Source of the DNA: Octopus bimaculoides
Taxonomy: Eukaryota
Reading direction: 5' to 3'
NCBI RefSeq assembly: GCF_001194135.2
Contig: NC_068990.1
Location: 94,048,201 to 94,092,019 of the forward strand
DNA: 43,819 bases
Shown here: one piece after another, positions 36,751 to 43,819 of the stretch
How positions within the stretch are numbered: position 1 is the first letter of the stretch
Layout: the number at the start of each line of letters is the position of its first letter
Position numbers and translations under genes: made by a program
Notes under the pieces: model-generated
The model's database searches: none
The model's input: only the letters and a program-made list of their open reading frames with translations
Told to the model about the DNA's origin: nothing

Positions 36751-37399
36751 TTGCATATATTCTTTAATAAAACCAACTTTATTTCATTCTGTTAGAAACT
36801 GAATATTTCTGCTAATAATAGACAAAAACCAGATCATTCTCCCAGACTCCAGACACTTACAACAAGATCAGAGAGGATTTGCTTCTCACAAATGGTAAGT
36901 TGTTCAGTACTATTATTATTAAAGACTGGGTGACAACAAATTAAGCCCAATATACACTGATTAAATCACCATCTGCTACACAAGCAAATACTGAATAATA
37001 TATGGCAATGTTTGCAAATTAAATTAGAAAGAAGCACATTTGGTATTCTGAAATTGCAGATTGCACAAGAGATAAGTCTTTTCCATTGATCATCTGCTCA
37101 AGCAGGGTTGAGCAGGTTTTTTCTCAATAATAACTAAAAGCTAAGGATGGAGTGAAAATGCTCTGCAAATGGATTGAGCTAAAATACTACTTGTGTTTGG
37201 GGAAGAGATAAAATAATGTAATGTTACTAAATAACACAGTTATGGCTGAAATGACTCCTTCGTCTGATTTAATGACTTGGTTATTGAAGACAATGATAAA
37301 AATGGCAACTCATCAAAAGGAATTACATAAAATATATAGACATTTGCAAAAAAAAAAAAAATTTTTTTAAAGGGGAAAAAATCAGATTTTTCTGATATC

Positions 37400-37840
37400 C
37401 CCAAAGTGGCACACACTGAGTTTCCAGCAACCGTGGTGGATTTAGTAGTGAAGAGAATGAAGGTCATATCAAGCCACCTTACACCACCTTTCCACAGAAT
37501 TAATGCTGCTGAGTACACTTAGATGCTGGAGATAGTTGCTAAGCTCTGCATGGATGGGCAAAGTACACCGAGGAAGCCCACAGCACCTTCTTACAAAGAC
37601 CATGCAGCTCAAAATTAGGTGTCAGACAATCTTTACGCTCGTGTAACACCAAATTAGTGACATCCAAACATGCTAGATTTTAAATCATATGGATCACTAT
37701 ATTTGGAGTGTTGTTGGAAAGGAAACTAATCAACATCTATTATCTAAGGTGCTGTCCAAAATGAGCCAAGACCATTCAATGCAGGCATGTCAATGATTTC
37801 AGTCCAAAACTGAAGCAGTCATCGAAGCTTGAGTTAGAAT
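37400..37840 (+). mobile_element. Tc1/mariner (maT/DD37D-like) transposase C-terminal fragment, degenerate
   Basis: Translation across frameshifts: HTEFPATVV...RINAAEYT*MLEIVAKLCMDG...SAPSYK.TMQ...MDHYIWSVVGKETNQH...VLSKMSQDHSMQACQ*FQSKTEAVIEA. Confidence 0.7.
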
Positions 37841-37934
37841 GATCTTATAAAAAAACGCTTAATAACATACACACTTTTTTATTAAAATAGGTTTGGTTTT
37901 TGCTAGATTAGAATTATTTTATTAAATTACCGAA

Positions 37935-38215
37935 TATGTCCTCACACACCCTGGGCAAGTGTCTTCTACCACAGCCATGGCTCAACCAAAGCTTTGTTAA
38001 AATTTGGTGGGCAAAAGTCCATCAAATGTGTGTGTGTATCAAAAGGAGGATAGTCGAAATGGTTCAGCATTGGACAAAACACCCTTTACAAATCACATTC
38101 AAAGTTGATAAAAAGAGCATCAGACAAAATCTTGGGATTAGCGTAATCAACTAAATGATTGAAGATAGTGTCCTCAGCATGGCCACTGTCTGAAGACTGA
38201 AATCAATAAAAGAAA
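37935..38215 (+). mobile_element. SINE, 5'-truncated
   Basis: ccctgggcaagtgtcttctac...aaccaaagctttg and cctcagcatggccactgtctgaagactgaaatcaataaaaga tail. Confidence 0.6.
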
Positions 38216-38265
38216 AGTGTTAGGAATTTTTCATAGAAGTTCAATGACTTGTGGGGTCACCTCAC

Positions 38266-38318
38266 CTTAGATGTTTAATTACATAAAATGTAACAGGAAA
38301 AACTAACCAAATTTTATA
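38266..38318 (-). other. Candidate exon (53 nt)
   Basis: Acceptor ccagtgtttttcag|, donor AAG|gtgagg; frame 0 reads YKIWLVFPVTFYVIKHL. Confidence 0.5.
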
Positions 38319-39149
38319 CTGAAAAACACTGGTAACAGTCAAAATTGTGACAGTATGTTTTAGAATACTAAATGTCGACAGTAGATGACAGAAGATCAGT
38401 AGAGTTAACAAGATCCGACACAAATGGGGAATCAAGTGATCTCCAATAAGATATTGGAATATAAACATATAGCAAGATTTGAAACCAAATTGACAAATTG
38501 CCAAGTTAAAATCATCGCTTAGCAATAGATTTATCATGTAATTAGTTGAGTTATGAACCAATCAGCACCAAGACAATCACATTATGCATCTTTCTGGTAA
38601 CCACTAGAACATTCTTTTACAAAGCTTATAAAAAGGCACATTTTGAGCACCAAAGTTCAGTCTGTGACCACCTGCAGCTCAGCCAACCATATTCTCATTT
38701 TGCTGCTTTTTCAGTTGTTCTCATGACTTTACTCAATCAAGAAAGCAACTACAGTTCACTGACATGAACCTAATGTGTTTATTTTCTCCTGTCTTGGCAG
38801 TGTAATTACACGGCCATCTTAATCAACAATTTGTACAAGCTACAGAATTATCCTTCTGATGAGCAAACTTTGTTGGGTTTTTAATTCAAGACCAACCTGG
38901 AAAATATTTGTGCAATGAAATAATACTCTGCTAACTGTCCATGAGTGTTGTGCCTTCATTCTATGTAGCCTGATCTCAACTCAACCACCAGCATTTCAAT
39001 TCCTTCAGTTTATATCCATTATGATAACGTTGTGACAACTGTGCAGGTCATCACAAGCCAAAGTTTGGCGCTCAAAGCATAAGCTTTGTAAGGGGTCATT
39101 CTAACAGCTTCTAGAAAGATGCAGGTGATGTCTTAATGCTGACTGGTTC

Positions 39150-39520
39150 CTAACTCAGCGGATCACATGAAAAAAGCTGTTGCTGGCCTCTTCTAATTGT
39201 AATCTATTTCCCGTTTCAATTCATTCGACTGCAACCATACTGGGGTCCTTTCATCAAAGGCTTAGTCGAGCAGATCAAGCACAGCACTTATTTTTAAACC
39301 TGGTGGTTGTTCTATTGGTCTCTTTTTGCTGAACCGGTTATCAAGTGATGGGAGGACAAACACACAAAAAAAAAACCTGAGGCGGGTTTCTATTGCTTCC
39401 GTCTACCAAATTCACTCAGGACACATTGGTCGGCCTGGGGTTGTAGCAGAAGACATTTGTTCAAGGAGCAGTTCAATGGGCGAAAACGGGGTTACGAAGC
39501 GAATCCCAACCACACAGCCA
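39150..39520 (-). mobile_element. SINE (long form)
   Basis: tcaattcattcgactgcaaccatactgggg tail; ttctattgcttccgtctaccaaattcactca...ggtcggcctgggg...gcgaatcccaaccacacagcc head. Confidence 0.65.
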
Positions 39521-39916
39521 TGCCTGTACCTATTTTATGTAGTCTTTAATGAACACAATGTAGATATGTCGCTCATAAAAAAAACATAAGCTTGACAATA
39601 TCACATAAATATGTCCATACACATTTATTGCTAATTTCTGTTTACGTCTAACATCAAACAATAACCGTCATTCAACTGTCTTCATCACACAATAAAAGGT
39701 TAAATGCATTAAATTATTAGGGAGCGACAGATCAATAGCAAGCAATTTTTTTCGCTCCGAAAAGTAATCCCAACAGACCTTTAAGTTGGAATGTATGTTC
39801 ACATACACACCACTGATATATATACACACACACGTTTATGTGAGCGAACATGGGAAAACAGCTGCTAATTCGATGCCATGTGCGAGCCTATATATATATA
39901 TATATATATATATATA

Positions 39917-40497
39917 NNNNNNNNNNNNNNNNNNNNNNNNNNNNNNNNNNNNNNNNNNNNNNNNNNNNNNNNNNNNNNNNNNNNNNNNNNNNNNNNNNNN
40001 NNNNNNNNNNNNNNNNNNNNNNNNNNNNNNNNNNNNNNNNNNNNNNNNNNNNNNNNNNNNNNNNNNNNNNNNNNNNNNNNNNNNNNNNNNNNNNNNNNNN
40101 NNNNNNNNNNNNNNNNNNNNNNNNNNNNNNNNNNNNNNNNNNNNNNNNNNNNNNNNNNNNNNNNNNNNNNNNNNNNNNNNNNNNNNNNNNNNNNNNNNNN
40201 NNNNNNNNNNNNNNNNNNNNNNNNNNNNNNNNNNNNNNNNNNNNNNNNNNNNNNNNNNNNNNNNNNNNNNNNNNNNNNNNNNNNNNNNNNNNNNNNNNNN
40301 NNNNNNNNNNNNNNNNNNNNNNNNNNNNNNNNNNNNNNNNNNNNNNNNNNNNNNNNNNNNNNNNNNNNNNNNNNNNNNNNNNNNNNNNNNNNNNNNNNNN
40401 NNNNNNNNNNNNNNNNNNNNNNNNNNNNNNNNNNNNNNNNNNNNNNNNNNNNNNNNNNNNNNNNNNNNNNNNNNNNNNNNNNNNNNNNNNNNNNNNN
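39917..40497. other. Assembly gap preceded by (TA)n
   Basis: N run. Confidence 1.
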
Positions 40498-40585
40498 GAA
40501 TACGGAAAGTCTTTGACGTTTCGAGCTACGCTCTTCAACAGAAAGAATACGGAGACAAGGAGAAAAACACGGAGAAAAAAAAATT
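40498..40585 (-). mobile_element. Probable Penelope-like element terminal (pLTR) remnant, truncated by the gap
   Basis: CpG-rich; carries a minimal hammerhead fold of the kind known from PLE pLTRs; no RT or GIY-YIG sequence is visible. Confidence 0.5.
40510..40546 (-). ncRNA. Minimal type I hammerhead ribozyme motif, variant core
   Basis: Minus strand UCUUU CUGUUGA A GAGC-GUA-GCUC GAA ACGU C AAAGA: 5-bp stem I, 4-bp stem II, palindromic ACGU helix III, GUC cleavage triplet. Confidence 0.65.
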
Positions 40586-41543
40586 GAATAGTGTTCAGTC
40601 AACGGTCAAAACACGTTCAAAACTCACTGGAATTCTCTTCGACTTTCAGGTGTTCGATAAACGTAATCAAGTTAACAATAAAACTACACTAAATTGAATA
40701 CGAAAGAAAAGTTGGAAGTATTGAAGTGATTGCCATCAGAAGAAACAAGGCTTTCGGGGGGGGGGGGGCAGACATAATATATACAGTATTTAAAAGAGTT
40801 TAGGCACGAACGACTTTATGTTGGAACGGAAATAAAACGAGGTGTTAGGGACATTAAGCAATATTGGATAAATATTTATGTATTTGATTAAACAAAACTG
40901 GATTGTTGTGACTAATAAATAAATGAATAGTTTCTTATTGCTTAGATGTTGATATTTTAAGCGAAATGACATTAATTGCATTGTTAATTATAGAAGTCGG
41001 GAACACAGAAATCCTTAATGCTCTTTAGTCAATAATCAAGAAAATATTTATGCAGTAAAGTCTCAAACATCTTTCACAAAGTTGGCGCAAATTCCACAAC
41101 ATAAACCCGTTCATCCCTGAATTAAAAAATGTTTAAGACAACACGATGAAAACTGACCAAGAGAGTAAAATAGTCGACCTTTTATCTTTTTAATATTCAA
41201 TGATTGTTTATAAATACGAAAGGACGAGAACCTGTAAAAGTGAGTCGATGCTCCATTATGTTTATAGAAGGACAGTAGGGGTGATGCACTTTAAGAAACA
41301 TTAATGTCCTTGCACAAGATCCGATCACATCTTCCACTTTCGTACCTGCCCTCCTCTAATTCTGAGGTTTGATTTAATGTCTGTTAAAAAAAAAAACCCT
41401 GAGGTGCAACACCATGTTTGTTTATACATATAATAAGTGATCTTAGTTTTAAATTAAAAGATGCGCTGTGGTTATTTATCATCGTTGCTTGGATCCACAT
41501 ATACTGTCCTTGGGAAAAGCAAAGCATGAATGTCACAACTTAC

Positions 41544-41559
41544 CATGTCACTCATTTGC
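41544..41559 (-). other. Candidate 16-nt micro-exon carrying ATG AGT GAC ATG
   Basis: Acceptor gtctttcttagttacag|, donor ATG|gtaagt; separated from the upstream donor at 41623 by a 64-nt intron. Confidence 0.5.
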
Positions 41560-41623
41560 CTGTAACTAAGAAAGACATATCCACTGATTGGATAAGGAAA
41601 ACTTTTAAAACAAGATAACTTAC

Positions 41624-41855
41624 GTATGAGAAGAGGAGTGGGTGCGAACGAAAGGTGTGTGTGTGTTTGTGCGTAAATATGGGGGGGGGGGAGATAGGGG
41701 AGAGAGAGAAAAGAAACAGGAGAAAAGAATAAGAGAAAATAAGTCAGAAAAGGAGTGGAACACATAAACAAGCAAATAGACAGAAGGAAAGAGAAGAGAA
41801 GAGAAAAAAAAGATAGAAAAGTGGTAGAAGGAGAGAGAGAGACTTGTCTCTGGTG
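41624..41855 (-). other. Candidate first/5' UTR exon (5' boundary uncertain)
   Basis: Donor TAC|gtaagt at 41623-41618; pyrimidine-rich (CT)n leader on the minus strand next to the CpG-retaining region. Confidence 0.4.
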
Positions 41856-42624
41856 CTATAAATAGACGAGTGACCTAACCTAGATATCAGCTCCCCCACC
41901 ATTTGTCACTACCTCCCCCCGTACCGCCGCCAACCTAAACACAGTGGTAGCATATGTACACAGCTCTAATGGTATGTTGCAAACACGGTGTGCTTGCAGG
42001 TGATTTAGGTTTCTTCCAGTAGAGAACTGCTGCCATCTCAACACTCAGCACAATCACTAAACCACAGCCTACCCCCACCACCATTAACACGCAAGCATTT
42101 ATAATTTATATATAGGTAAAGTTATAAATATACAAACGTGTCCTATCATTTGTATTTCTGTACTGAGAGCATATTGTGCGTCGTGCCACAGTAACAGACC
42201 AAATATACAGGCGTACGTCGGCACTTTACAAAGTAGTTATTCTTCTAAGTGCAAAATAGAGAAAAGTTTTGATGCGATTGAAATTCATTCATGAACGATT
42301 AGAAACTTTGCAGGGAATAAGAACGAGATAAGAGTAAAAAAAATGACGAACAAACGACGAAAACAATCCCAGGAAACAACACTTCACTCTCTACACTCCG
42401 ATAGCTACCAGATAGCAAATATATGATATATATATATATATATAGATAGATAGATAGATAGATAGTAGATGTAGATATATATATTGATAGATAGATGTAG
42501 ATATATATATATATATATATTATAATAATCAAACAAAAAACCAAAAACAAAAACATATCATGAGTTAATTAATCTTGACCTAAATCAGAATTTTGGACTG
42601 TATGCGGTGTTTACTCAGCTCATG

Positions 42625-42693
<69 letters not shown>

Positions 42694-42900
42694 TTACATA
42701 TACATATATATATACATATACATATATATACACACATTTGCACATGTAACCTATTTTAAAGCATTAATGGTAGTAGTGGGATTATTTTGTTAAACATTAT
42801 CATTTTCTTTTACGTCGTCAGTTACGTAATTCCAATTACAAGCCTCGTCGAAAGAGGTGGGGGTAATGCGGCAAGGCGGTCGGATGAGAGATAGAGAACA
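41856..42900. promoter_or_regulatory. Putative promoter region
   Basis: Non-TE CpG enrichment; CTATAAATAG at 41856-41865; TTACGTAA at 42822-42829 next to CGTCA; lies immediately upstream of the minus-strand exon chain. Confidence 0.4.
42420..42735. repeat. (TA)n, (TAGA)n and (TA/TACA)n microsatellite cluster
   Basis: Directly visible at 42420-42520 and 42620-42735. Confidence 0.95.
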
Positions 42901-43194
42901 GTAGAATTGTTTACATTTCTCAAATCATTCATTCATCAACAAAAATAGCACTCAGCTAACTTAGCCTTTCCCTTTAAGCTTACTGACATAAAAGAGCAAA
43001 TGAACAAACACACACCTCTTTGTACATAAATAAACGAGCAATTACCTACCATTTTCTTTTTCTTTTTAAACACGTTCTCGCAGATCCTTAAACACTTTGC
43101 TCAACACCACGATCGGTTTAACCTGTTTGAGGTTATTCAGAATTGATTTAAAATAAATATTCGTAGAATTAAATTCAAAGGAAGCAACTAAAAA

Positions 43195-43460
43195 GCAATG
43201 CCAGTGCCACTTTGACTGGCTTTTGTGCCGGTGGCACGTAAAAAGCATCATCCAATCGTGGTCGATGCCAGCTCCTCTGGCCCCTTGTGCCGGTGGCACG
43301 TAAAAAGCACCCACTATACTCTCGGAGTGGTTGGCGTTAGGAAGGGCATCCAGCTATAGAAACGCTGCCAGATCAGATTGTGGCCTGGTGCAGCCTCCTG
43401 GCTTCCCAGACCCCAGTCGAAACGTCCAACCCATGCCAGCATGGAAAACAAATGTCTTGG
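43195..43460 (+). mobile_element. RTE-associated 3' tail repeat (family B), relatively young
   Basis: tgtgccggtggcacgtaaaaagca twice; ggttggcgttaggaagggcatccagc; gtccaacccatgccagcatggaaaac. Confidence 0.8.
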
Positions 43461-43567
43461 ACCTTCAACATTCTCAACAAGCAGGAGACACTGGATTTTG
43501 CCCAAACAATTGATTCTAACATAGCACAAGGCCTAAATTTCAGGGAAGTGATTTATAAGAATTTGGA

Positions 43568-43819
43568 TGAGATATGACGGCTCAGCCGTCTCTCCCCAGT
43601 TCTTATATTAATCATTAAATCCAGAAATACAACAACACGAGGGATAACGGGTAACAACAGATCAATAGTTTATTCTAAGTTGGTGTAGAGCCATTTCGTT
43701 CCTGGGTGAACAGGCATGCCGCCAGAATACCAAAGGAAGCTTCGACCACATGTCGGGGTCGAGTTGGGACAGCCTGAAAGAACGTCCTGTCGCCACAGCT
43801 GCTGGATGGATAAGAGAGA
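43568..43819 (-). mobile_element. Probable LTR edge of an LTR retrotransposon (runs off the window)
   Basis: Abrupt CpG-rich block; on the minus strand AATAAA is followed by a GT-rich tract and ends ...catatctCA. Confidence 0.4.

Noticed and set aside
1-43819. CRISPR arrays, operons, rRNA or other prokaryotic systems
   Set aside because: No regularly spaced repeat-spacer structure and no gene-dense coding; the sequence is eukaryotic intronic/intergenic DNA

Overview
AT-rich eukaryotic DNA, most likely from an octopus genome (inferred from the SINE/LINE content and dense (CA)n/(GA)n/(TA)n/(ATT)n/(ATC)n microsatellites), with three large N-gaps and one 10-N gap. No intact long protein-coding ORF is present. 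The window is mostly decayed transposable elements: tRNA-derived SINEs, RTE-type 3' tails, fragments of L1/Tx1, R4/Dong, CR1 and RTE LINEs, mariner/maT remnants, TTAA-flanked piggyBac-like MITEs, a Penelope-like end and a probable LTR edge. Splice-site reading suggests the 5' end of an unidentified minus-strand gene, with a CpG-retaining promoter-like region near 41.9-42.9 kb and short candidate exons at 41624, 41544-41559, 38266-38318, 36130-36256, 35078-35140, 10144-10229 and 3103-3180. The most notable observations are (i) a minimal type I hammerhead-ribozyme fold with palindromic helix III and a variant core (CUGUUGA) at 40510-40546 on the minus strand, (ii) four predicted exons that splice into an uninterrupted 84-aa ORF overlapping a strong-context downstream ATG, and (iii) microsatellite-associated insertion patterns of SINE and R4/Dong elements. 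TE boundaries are approximate and all exon calls are unverified predictions made by eye.
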